Below, piece by piece: positions 29,252 to 39,921 of a stretch of 64,000 bases of DNA. The stretch comes from Fimicolochytrium jonesii (Eukaryota). The stretch lies in assembly GCF_025526975.1 (NCBI RefSeq), contig NW_026515672.1, forward strand, positions 1 through 64,000, given 5' to 3'. The translations under genes and the position numbers were made by a program. The notes beneath the pieces are model-generated. The model was not told the DNA's origin and ran no database searches. It saw nothing but the letters and a program-made list of their open reading frames with translations. Each line of letters opens with the position of its first letter. Position 1 is the stretch's first letter.

Positions 29252-31094
29252 TCACGCCACAAACTTCAATTCCTCTATCCGATGCTGAGAAACACCGCCC
29301 GAAAGGGGGGCCCTCGGTCAGTGCCATTCCACCCCGTCAACAGCCCCGCTGCCCCCCTCCTTCAACCCACCTGAGCATACTCCCCCTTGTACCGATCAAA
29401 CATCTCCCTCAACTTCCCCATATACACCTCCCGCAACGCCACCACGTCCTGCTCGGTAGGTTTCGCGACCCGGCGCACGGGGATCGGCGCCCCGACGATG
29501 GTGACGAGCTTGTGCGCGTACGGGATGGGCGTGAACCAGCGGCCGTAGCAGATGGGTCTGTCGGACGGATGTGAGATTTCCGTCGGGGGATGGGATGTGA
29601 GAAGTGGGTTGGGGGGGGAGATGTGAGCGAACAGGGAGCAAGAACGTACATGGTGAAGCCGGTTAGGGCGAGGAAGCGGCGTTGGAGGCGGCAGAGGAGC
29701 GGGTGCCGGATTTGCGTCCAGAGTTGGTTTTCGCCGAAACTGAATGGGTGCGCGGATGTGGGTGGGGGGCGGGAAGTTGAATCCAGCAAGGATGCCATGA
29801 TTGTGAATGTTTGCATAGACGGTGATGTCTCCGTCCCATCACACACGTACCTGTACACGGGGACCAGCGACGCTCTTCAAGGGACGTTTGCGTTAGCAGG
29901 GGAGATAAGGGGACCCACGATCCCCCATTTCGAGCCACCACGCCCACCACCTACCCATTCTCCAGCGCCAACTTAAAGAACCCCCTCCTGCGTCTCAACA
30001 CCACGCGATGACACCCGGGCACGCTCTCCAGACTCTCCGCCGCGCCCCCGACGACGATCCCGACAGCTTTATCCGTCCCGCGCGACAACCAGTGTCGGAT
30101 CGAGTTGCGCTCGACGGAGATGAGCCCGTGGATGAGTGCGATCTCCCGCACGATCGGGAGCTGGAATACGAGGGAGAGGACCGCGACCCGACGGTCGATG
30201 TGCGGGAAGAGCGTCGGGAAGCCGCCGACTGCGTGCATGGAGAGCGGGGGGTCAGGTCCGGGATGGTGGTGATGCATGCGATGCCTTTCTTACCGTCCGT
30301 GATGATGTTCAAAAACCCGGAGTAACCTACGAATGTCCATCCATCAGCGTGGCCCGACCCCTTGTGCACCCCATATACATCGGCGGCTGATTCTTACACA
30401 AGACTCCTGTACAGACCGGAACGCATCAGTCAAAAGAAACACTTCCGATGCGACACACGCGGATCCGGGAGCGCAAACACTAACCATGAGGATGAATGCC
30501 GAGCAGATACCTGTGTTCGGTGTAGCCCCCCCGCATCAGAACCATAACACGTCCGAATTCACAATCACCTCCACACAAACTTACGGCCCCTTCGCCGGAT
30601 CCAGCTCCGCCTCCCTGTGCAGCGTCGCTCCCAGATAACTCCTACGGAAGTCAATCAACCACCCCGTCCCGGCCCATCCCCCGATGCATCCCCCAAACAG
30701 GAGTGGAACCTACAACAGATGCCCCGGCAAGTACATCACATTCCTCCACCGTCTGCTGACCCGCCCGTTCCCGCCCCGCACGGGCGCGTTGTCGAAAAAC
30801 ATATACCATGCCACGTATACCACAAACGGCAGCCTAAACAAGAAAAAAAAAGGGGGCAGTCATGTCAGTTCCGGTGAAAGGGGGCCGGCATTTTTTTGCG
30901 GCGAGCCCAACGTACCGCAAGAAAGTCCACCGTATCAACGCCCACGCCAACGCGACGGGGAAGAGGGTGATCATGAACACGGGGACGAGGGAGGAGACGA
31001 GTTGGAGGGTGAGGTGCAGCGGGCCGGTGCAGTGGGGTGGGTGGTCGTGCATGGTGGTGGAGGAGGACGCGGCGAAGTGGGTTGCTGCGGGCAT
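29252..31094 (-). CDS. Diacylglycerol acyltransferase, DGAT2/DAGAT family, multi-exon
   Basis: N-terminal TMs; IVVGGAAESL, RRRGFFKLALENG, FSFGENQLW, TIVGAPIP, LEEMFDRYK. Confidence 0.85.
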
Positions 31095-31847
31095 GTTGGT
31101 TCAGTCCACAGAGCTTTATAGACGGATGGAGGAAACTCAAGCGATCATCTCTTATGGTTAGAGCGGAAATGGATTGGTGTGCGCAGGATGGGCTCTCCAG
31201 ACATGTTTCTGCATGACCGGTTTCCGCTGGATGCGTCGACAGCGCGTCACGCTGGCGGTAAGTGCTGCAGGAGGGAACAGCCCAAAAAGCAACAGCGCGT
31301 CAAGTGGACTGACAGCGTGTTTTGCTGCGCGGCCCTCACCGTATTTTCAACAGCGGGCGGTTTCAATGAATGGGGTTCACCCGGCCGGGTTAAAGGTTTG
31401 CGAGATGTACATATACTGTAGCGAGATTTTGAAGATGCAGGAGGCCCCGAGAAGCCTTATAGCGATAGGCGGCAGATAGCCCTCGAAGGGTCCAGATCCG
31501 GGGAGGGCCTGAATCCTGCTGTAACTTGTATCGCTCCAACGTGTGATGGAGAACAGGTTAGGTAGGGATGGGGAAAAGGTTTTGCTCATGCCTCTGAGGT
31601 GGGGGATGTACGTTTGCCTGCGTGTCCTTTTGGCATTTGTGTATGAAAAAAAAAACTTACTTCCCAGGGGAAATGCAGCTTGGCAATGATATTAGAAAAA
31701 AGGGGAATGATGCGTGCAGCAGAATACCTCCAACATCGAGACAAAAATCTGCCTTCGGGATTACCCGTTTCCAGAGCCACGACCACCTATTTCCATAAGC
31801 CGTTAAAAAATCTCCATAGCCCCCCTTCCAACCCCACCCCCCCGCCC

Positions 31848-33037
31848 CTAATAGAAAACCGATTCCCTGCCCCCAAACCCGCCCACCACCTTCCCCCGCT
31901 CCTCCTCCTCCTGGCTCCCCACCCTTCTCAAATACGCCTCCAAATCCCCCGCACTCATCCCCACCCCCGCAGCAGCAGCAGCCTGCACAACCCTCCGTCC
32001 CGCCTCCACACCCACAGCCCTCAGCCGTAAATCCCATCGTTCCACCTCGGCCGTCATATCCACATCCGCGGCCAGTTTGGTCTGCATCGTGGGTGAGAGT
32101 GTGACGATGTTGTGGAAAATGAGGTGTGAGAGGAGGGCGGGGTCGGGGGTGAGGGTTAGCGTGTGGGGTGCGGTCGGTGGGAATGGTGAAGACGGGCGGT
32201 GGCAGTGGAGGATGTGGAAGGTGTGTAGGGCGATGAGTTGGGCGCGGCGGAAGAAGTAGATGTCTGTTCAAAATGGATGGTGGGTTAGAAAAAGAGAGCG
32301 GGCGGGGTGTATGTTCCGAGATGAATGGGATAACTCACCAACCCCGCCCCACCGCTCCATATCCCTCAACGACGGGATCGTCGTCACGAGGGCTTCCACC
32401 AGGGCGTCCATGGACCCCTGCCGCGCCGCGTCCAGGATAAAGTGGCCCAGGTTGCGGTATCCTTTTTCTTTGAGGAGTGTGCCGGTCTCGTTGATGACGT
32501 GTAGGAGCTGCTCGGCGTATTTGCGGAGCGGGTGTGGCTCTGTGAGGGTTATTGGCAGCGTGGCGTGGGGGACGTCCCGCGTGAGAGGGATGTTGAAGAG
32601 TTCGGAGACCTGTGAGGTGCAAGAGCCATGGTTCAACATCTGGCGGGAAGGGCGGTGGGTCAAAACAACTTTTGGACTGACCAGCGCTAGCCCCATCTTA
32701 CTCATATACTCCCCATCGATCTTTGTCGCCGAAATATGCATCGACATCACACCTTTAAACACACTCCGATCAATACAATGCCTCTCCCATTGCCCACCTC
32801 ATCCCCAGCCGACTTACCAAAAAGCACAGTCCCCCCCGCATCCCTCTCCCCCAGCATATCATCCCACCCACTCCCAAACCCCAACAACCCAATTAACCCC
32901 ATCACATTGCACTCCTGCTCCACACTCTCGAATTTCAAGGGAAGTCTCACAGTAGGCTGGTTGGCAACATCTTCATAGATACCACGATCCAATCCCTCCA
33001 CAAATGTCGATATCGCATCGCTGTTTATCTGTGCCAT
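31848..33037 (-). CDS. Divergent queuosine-salvage (Q_salvage/QNG1)-like protein, multi-exon
   Basis: LLGFGSGW, LVEALVTTIPSLRD, IYFFRRAQLIA, WDLRLRA and GDLEAYL follow the order of Q_salvage motifs (FRD, YKRAQ, EIR, D..LW). Confidence 0.55.
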
Positions 33038-33908
33038 TTGGAAATTAGATTCAGGGCAACGGAGTCAATCAAGGGGGATGAGAGGGGTCCGAACGAACCG
33101 AGATATCCGGGGCGGCGAGCTGGGCGAGGGTTGTGCAGGATGAAGAGACGGTGGAGAGGAATTGGCCGGGTGATGGGAGGGGACAGGGGGTTGAGGATGG
33201 GGTGGCTATTGAGGGCATTGTTCAGGCGAATGTGGTTGGTTTTGAGGGGTTATTGTATGGGGGTAAGTGAGGGACAGGGAAGGGCACCGGGGGTGTGTGC
33301 GGGTTGGAGGCGGCGAGAGGAAGCGGTTGCTAGAAGGGACTTTGCGCCTGGGGTCGTGATCGTCAGCTTTGTCAATGATTAAATGGGGTTGGCGTGGGCG
33401 TCGGATCGATGTCGATGTCCGCTGGGCTTACTGGACTGACTCGAATGCAGATCGGACAACACGTCGCGCTCACGGCCCAATGCAACGAACATGCAGCTTG
33501 CGGCGACCGCTGTTGCTGCAAGTCGCTCCGGAGAAAGCACATACTGCTTGTACAGTACAGCACTCACTGCCTGCTCCAGATCTAACATACGGGCAGCGGT
33601 TCTTTCTTACTGGGCAAATCGGGTCATCTGGAAAGACGCATCGGATGCAGAAAGGGGGATGGTATGTATCGACTATGAGTAGACATCAAAAAAATGAAAT
33701 GCTCTGCATTACGGTGCCAGAAAGAGACCTAAACTGGACTAACGTGTGGTAGGGGTAACGTCATATGTAGGGACAAGGGAAGGATATAGGAAGTATGACA
33801 CTGTAACTTGAGGCTTTGAAAACGGAGGGGCAAAAGACAAACCTCGTCAAGATAAATGAACGGGGGTAGGCAAAAGGCGAAAGTGTTGCGACTCGTCCCA
33901 CATCACAC

Positions 33909-34759
33909 TCAAGCGGACGCATTCGCCGCCCTCGCACCCTCCCCACCAGCAAGCACATCATCGTCATGCACAGGCAAATAAACCCCTCCGCTGACCCCAT
34001 ACTTTGTCGGGTGGGCCCTCAAATCCACAAAGTAGCTGTAAACGCATGCGGCATAGTAAACCGACAACGCGGTCCCAAACACAAACGAGACGGCGACCGA
34101 CCACGTCTGCATCGCGCATGAGAGCTGCAGCTCTGGGTTTGTTGGGGGGAGGGGGGCCGGGGTAGGGGAGGGTTCACCGTGACCGTGGCCGTGGCCATGT
34201 TTGCCGAACCCGGTGACGACGGCGTCCCCGTCACGGCAGTTGACCGCAAAGACGACCAGACTAACCACGCCCGTCAAGAACTTTACAACGGTCTCAACGA
34301 TGTTGAAGTAAGCAAACAGCCTGACTTTAGCAAGGTCGTTACGGATCGCGCCATAGAGACCCAGGGCGGAAAAGGCGATGGTGGTGAGTGCCCAAGCGGA
34401 GTCAGCGAGGAGGAGGACGGTGAACGCGCGGACTTTTTGGACGGGAGGGAGTGGGTGGGAGGGGTCGATGGGGTCCGGGGAGTTGGGGTCGTCTGGGGTG
34501 AGGAAGCGGCCGCCGGAGCCGATGACGTCCCACTCGAGGAGGAGGGAAAGGATGGAGCCGATCTGTTTGTGGGGATATGATATGGAGATAGTTAGAGAGC
34601 ATGCAGGGCGGTATGCTTTGGCTTTTACCGCTTGGCACGAGAGAGACTTACGAGAGCGAGCGAGGAGAGGATGATTGTGCCCGTCCTGAGCGAGAAGCAG
34701 CCGCAGCAGGTGCGCAGGGACTTGAGACGGCGGGTTGTTGTTGCGATGGGTTCGGCCAT
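33909..34759 (-). CDS. Four-TM membrane protein (LAPTM-like N-terminus), multi-exon
   Basis: MAEPIATTTRRLKSLRTCCGCFSLRTGTIILS, several hydrophobic segments, YYAACVYSYF. Confidence 0.65.
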
Positions 34760-34937
34760 TGTTGCTGGGTGGGTGGCTGGCTGGTTGAGAGGATGAGGAG
34801 GTGTGTGCGTATGAGGATCAGACGAGTTGTTCGGGGGGGGGGGGGGGGGGGGGCGTCCTTTTGAATGGCTTTGTGGAGGCTTTTGGAGGCAGTTTTGGAG
34901 GGGTGGGAACTCGCAGCTGAGAGAGCGACAGACAGAG

Positions 34938-35188
34938 AGAAGTCACCGGCTGGTCGCGCACACCGGACACACCCATTTGGGGGCGCGTGACTTCTACCAC
35001 CAAGAACATCTGTGGGAGAGGATCTGATGACCGATGTGAGGAAGAGGCTTGGGGACGTGAAAAACGCCAAGTCTCTTGCTTCTCTATTCTGCGTACAAGT
35101 TGCCTTCATCGGCGACGCCTCAGGCAGAGGTACAATGATGTGGATGGCAGATAACCACCACGGAAAATGGGATGGGGTGAAATCTAGA
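34938..35188 (-). ncRNA. Candidate Fanzor omegaRNA scaffold; boundaries uncertain
   Basis: Immediately 3' of the Fanzor stop. Hairpin 35042-35077 (11-bp stem, 1 mismatch) nested in a stem pairing 35103-35112 with 35031-35041. Second structure closed by a perfect 9-bp stem, 34938-34946 with 34987-34995. Confidence 0.45.
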
Positions 35189-36100
35189 CTACCGGTTACG
35201 GGAGAATGCGTCTGGTCTGCGGCCATTGCCAAACACCACCGAACGCACAATGAAGAGGAAATTCTTGGTGCTCAGGACGTCCCGATTGTGCACTCTCATC
35301 CGTAGTCGTAGTGGTCGTTGTCTTCCAGGAATCTCAAATGGCGTCCAGTCTTGGTTGATACATTCGGGGTTGGGGCAACCCACCAATCCATGGACGAATT
35401 CCATTCTTCCTTTCTAGCTTGCCACGGCCGAGATGACAGCCGGCGTCGGATGTTTTTCTTCACACGCCCGTGGCAGTCTGGGCACACGGACGACGTTCGA
35501 TACTCATCCAGCAAGTAGCATGGAATGCCGTTTCTCGCAAAGAGTGTGCGGAATCTAAATTCCATGATGAGTTAGCATATTATAGTACATAAAAAACAAT
35601 GATGGTCACTCACCCCTTGGTTTTCGATGACTCCTGAAAGCGCATCGTTTTCCCAGCATCGCTCCAATCACCCAAGATGACCGAAAAATGCTTTCCATAC
35701 CGGCACCGCATGTTCTTAATGAGCTTGCTCTCAGACTTTTGCCGCAGTGAGAACGCCTTGAACCTGCGAGCGACGTGAATCTCATCCTGGTAAAACTCAT
35801 CCAAGGCGGGATCTGGGATATGGATGGATGTCAGCCCATGTATTACTAAATTTGAAGACAGCGCATAATACATCATACCTGCATGTATGTGATCCACAAT
35901 GAACGCTGAGAACGCCTCGATGTTCATGCTCTTGTGCGATGGAATATGTGATTCCATCTCAGCGATGCCGGCATTGATCTTTCGCTCTCTCATGTCTCTT
36001 TGAAAGTACCGAGACTTTGTCTCGACCGCCCGTTGATTGGATGTGTATCTGGTATGGGGTGGTGCATTGTGAGAACGCTGCAACGGAATGTCGCCGCAAT

Positions 36101-36313
36101 GGGGATGGTGGGCGGAGACGGGGGGCTGGGGGGCGGAGACAGGGGGCTGGGGGCGGAGACGGGGGGCTGGGGGGCGGAGACGGGGGGATGGTGGGCGGAG
36201 ACGGGGGGCTGGCGGGCGGAGACGGGGGGATGGTGGGCGGAGATGGGGGGCTGGGGGCGGAGACGGGGGGCTGGGGGGCGGAGACGGGGGGGCTGGGGGG
36301 CGGAGACGGGGGG
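36101..36313. repeat. G-rich minisatellite, about 10 copies of a 20-22 bp unit (GGGGGCGGAGACGGGGGGCT-like), in Fanzor intron 4
   Basis: GGCGGAGA core recurs 10 times. Confidence 0.9.
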
Positions 36314-36335
36314 CAGTAGTAATCAACTGAATCGA

Positions 36336-36434
36336 CGCTGTCGCCGCTGTCGCCGCTGTTGCCGCTGTCGCCGCTGTTGCCGCTATCCCCGCTGTCGCCG
36401 CTGTCGCCTCTGTCGCCGCTATCCCCGCTGTCCC

Positions 36435-36475
<41 letters not shown>

Positions 36476-36515
36476 TCCCCGCTATCCCTGCTGTCCCCGC
36501 AGTCGCCACTGTCGC
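36336..36515. repeat. 9-bp tandem repeat (CGCTGTCGC and variants), about 20 copies, in Fanzor intron 4
   Basis: Direct inspection; followed by about 4 copies of CCCCGT at 36529-36550. Confidence 0.9.
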
Positions 36516-38385
36516 CCTCCTCAACCCTCCCCGTCCCCGTCCCCGTCCCCACGATCCCCTTCGTTCGACATTCTGCAATCAGCTGAAACTTACCTAAATG
36601 GCCGCTCCTTCTTGATGTCTCGGCAGAACAAGAGGTCACGCTTGCCCGGATCAATGCTGACGATGTTTGGAGCCTCCCGTAGTTTGGCGATGTGGTGCTC
36701 AAAATACAGCAGCTTGACTTCCTCCCGCATTTGGGCCTTGCTGCGCTTCCAGGGCCGATGCCCATACTTGAGCCCTGGCTTCTTGAAGTGGATGGTAGCG
36801 GAATACCCGTTTGTGCTGATTGACCCATCAAATTTGAGACCAAGCTTCTTTCGATGCTTGAAGACCTTGTCCTACAATCCGTCATTCAGCAAGGTAATCA
36901 GATTGAAATAAGCGCAGAAGGATACAGACTTACATTGATATTGAGAAACTGCCCCCACAGCTCCCGCTTGCGTTGATCGGTGAGTTTCCCCATGCGATGG
37001 TGGCCCAAGGCCAGGATATGAGTGGTTAGGATCTTCGTGTCGATCCGAACAGATGACTGGATTCAAGATTTGCGCAGCGGGATAGCGGAAAACAGCCGCA
37101 TTCCACGGCGCTCATAGAGGCGTGAGAGCTCACAATAGGCACCTGTGATGAGGCAGGTGCGGACTATGATTAGACAAAAGAAGAAGCAGCGGGGGGGGGG
37201 GGCGTAAATATACAGGATGTAACTCACCTAAATATGGCATTGCGTCCACCGCAAGGCTGTATGCAAGCGGTTCATCCTGGGGAGGAAACAGAGCCCATAA
37301 CTCATCGAGGACGGTCCGCTCAAGTCGTGTGAGGCGCGCAAACTCTTCTTCGGTTGGAAACTCTTCAAACGTCGCATACTTTTTAAACTGACGGACACGC
37401 TGATAATAGTGTTGCCGCTGCGCTCGGTTGACTCCAGCTCTACGGAGATGCAGTACAACTTGCTTCAAACCAAGCCTTTCATTGACGTAGCGCAGAAACA
37501 TTTGCATGAAATGCTCTTGTACGTTAACTTTGAGGTTTGTGAAGATGCTCGTAGCTGTGTACGCTGCGGTCTGTTGGCAATACCGCATGCGGATGGGGGC
37601 GAATCCGTGAACATCACAGTAGTCTTGAACCCATGGATGCAACTCTTGCGCGATGACCGGATTGCCGTTGTAGCCTGGATTGTTTAGCAGCTCAAATATC
37701 ACACTGATGTGCTTGTCGGTGATGTCCGGGAAATCGTGTAGAGGATGATCAGCTGTGGTGGGGGGCAGACGTAGCAGTCAGGACATTGGTTTATGGGAAA
37801 TATACAGTGTACCTCAAAAACTCACCAAGGTAGTACTTGAGAAAAAAGCTGGTGTGGCGCGCAAGGATGTGAACATTGCCGATGAATGTTGTCAGGCGCT
37901 CCCTTTGCTCCCTTTGAACTTGATTATGGATGATTCGGTGAAGCGAAACCTTGGTGCTGGCATGTGTTTGCGGGCGGGGTCGTTGAACTGGTGGTGGTGG
38001 CGGGGGCTCAAGCACCAGGGATCCACCCGGTGTGCTGGGAAAAAGGAAAGGGATGGGAGCGGGGAGGTTCAACGGGCACTGCAGACCCCTGTCCGCGGGT
38101 GAAAGCCCTCGCTGCGGCAGCAGCTGCTGCTGCCCGTCTTCATCGCCGGAGCTCTCGCCGGAACTCTCGCTAACCATGTCTGCAATTGCTTGGGGCAAGT
38201 GGCGTTGGACAGACGGTGGGAATTCGAATCGCGGGGGTGGTTGCAATGGTGTCTGCACAGCGGTTGGCAGACGTATGGGCAACCGCGGGGTAACCGGAGC
38301 AACCTTCCTCCTCTTCCGCCGTGGTGTGGTAGCTCCGGTAAAGATGCCACACCACAGGTGCCCCTGGAGCGCCTGGTGTGACGGC

Positions 38386-39503
38386 ATGATGGCCGTGCTG
38401 TGCCTTAAGTCAGCCGAGACGGGTGGTGATTGCCGTGATAGCTGTGTGTCAAGGAACTCACGTCAGTGCTGTGGTAATGAGGCTGAGAACGGTGAGGAAT
38501 TGCGGTTGTTACCTGGTGGCGGGGTAGGGGTGGCGAGACGGGAATAAGATATCCAGAAATACGTTGTCAGAATCTCAAGGCAGACTACAGTACGATGTGG
38601 TGTGAGGACCACCTGCAGCAGACGCCCAACTGTCCTGCAGGCATTCGTTCATACAAGCGCAAGACGGCGTGTGGGGACCGCGACAACAACGAGGACTTTC
38701 GTGAGATCAGGTGTTCGGAGCTCCCGTACGATATCAACAGCCTGAGCTTGGACGACCTACAACAGGCCAAACCAGAACTGCTACGACGGCAAGACCAGGT
38801 GAGGCGTTGCTTACAAAGGCGCAGAAGTTTTGAAGAGGCCTGCATCCACGGCAGCCAGCGGGACCAGAGGCACGCTAACGTCTTTCTCGATTTGGACGAT
38901 GAGGGGGTACTATGTGAAGAGCTTCGCACTCGACTATTAGATCGCCTTTCACGGTTAGAAAGAGAGTTCTTTCATGAAAGGGAAGCTGCCCAGGCCGATG
39001 TACGAGAGGCCGGGGAGAGGCTGCAGACGGTGAGCAATAAGATAGAGCAGGTAAGCGAGGTTGCTAGCCCGTTTCGCTACAACAGATACTCAAGCACTTC
39101 CCGTCCGCAGGTCCAGGCGCTACGGAGAGGTAAGGGCTCACGAAGAAAGTCCAATGTTCCCGCACATCCTATTAATCCACCTATAGATGAAACACAGCTT
39201 GACAGGGCGTATGAGGATGCCCGGGTAGTGTTGGTGGAGAGTATAGAAGATCTTGCGGACCGGTTTGAAGACGGACCCGACGCCTTCGAGTACCTGCTCT
39301 TTGCGGCGTGGTTGCAGTTGATGGACGATCGAGGGCTTCAGTTCATACCGTTCAGCGGGAATATTTACGTGGCCCTCGTCCGCACCCCATCGATGACCCC
39401 CGAATTGTTGAGCAGGCTCCTGGACATGGTGCGACGGCCCTCTGCAGGTCTTTTGGCGTTGGGTCAGGCATATAGTCGTAGAGGTCTAGAAGATGCTAGT
39501 TAA
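38386..39503 (+). CDS. Hypothetical Cys/His-motif helical protein, divergent from Fanzor
   Basis: ORF 38595-39503 with an in-frame intron at 39051-39110. A putative intron at 38492-38556 extends it to QCCGNEAENEIRCQN...WCEDH. Start uncertain. Confidence 0.5.
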
Positions 39504-39573
39504 TAAGCCGAACGACATGCAAGTTGTAAGTTAACTCCCACTTTTTGTAGCCGACATGTCGATGATCACACTA

Positions 39574-39748
39574 GGGCGTTTCACTAGCCCCCAATAATCG
39601 AAAACAGTAACGGCAGATAATTGCGAGATTAGCGAAACTACGAGCGCGTTTCGCGACGCGTCCAGAGTTCGTGCGCGCAGGCTCCCCCCAATCACGTCCC
39701 GATGATCTGTCGGGCTTCTCCCGATTTTCTGGGGCTAGTGAGGCCCCC
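39574..39748. repeat. Imperfect inverted repeat, possible DNA-transposon terminus or MITE
   Basis: TCACTAGCCCCCAATAATCG (39581-39600) versus CGATTTTCTGGGGCTAGTGA (39722-39741). Confidence 0.6.
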
Positions 39749-39921
39749 GTTCCCCAGTTCCGCTACTTCAGGGTGTAGAAAAACAGGATTTTTGGGGGGA
39801 GAGCAGCAAAAAGGCCTCCAGCGAACCTGGGGTCTTCAGGACCTTGGGGGTGTTCCGCCTCCCCGCCCGCACCAACAACGAACCCCCCTCACCGTACACC
39901 CCCCCCATTGCCCCCGACACC

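Larger units (their letters stand above)
35189..38387 (-). pseudogene. Fz1: Fanzor1 RNA-guided endonuclease (SpuFz1-like), 7 exons, one premature stop and one frameshift
   Basis: Exons 38387-37826, 37752-37228, 37142-36934, 36871-36594, 36048-35879, 35812-35614, 35554-35189, all GT-AG and phase-compatible. Motifs TNLKVNVQEHFMQM, SIDPGKRD (RuvC-I), RYTSNQRAVET, GDWSDAG, LLDEYRTSSVCPDC (RuvC-II plus ZnF), VHGLVGCPNPEC, HNRDVLSTKN (RuvC-III). TGA at 37063-37065; 1-bp deletion near 35412. Confidence 0.9.

Noticed and set aside
34941..34966. Plus-strand CCGGCTGGTCGCGC resembling my recollection of the SpuFz1 omegaRNA
   Set aside because: It is short, on the strand opposite the Fanzor, and the comparison is from memory.
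36101..36515. Possible CRISPR-like guide array next to the nuclease
   Set aside because: The repeats are contiguous with no unique spacers, so they are minisatellites.
35959..36911. Long ORFs with GDS, ATA, RRC and PPAP repeats
   Set aside because: They are translations of intronic tandem repeats; the Fanzor frame splices cleanly around them.
34900..38600. Terminal inverted repeats, TSD or TAM bounding the Fanzor element
   Set aside because: I found no convincing matching termini by eye; this needs multi-copy alignment.
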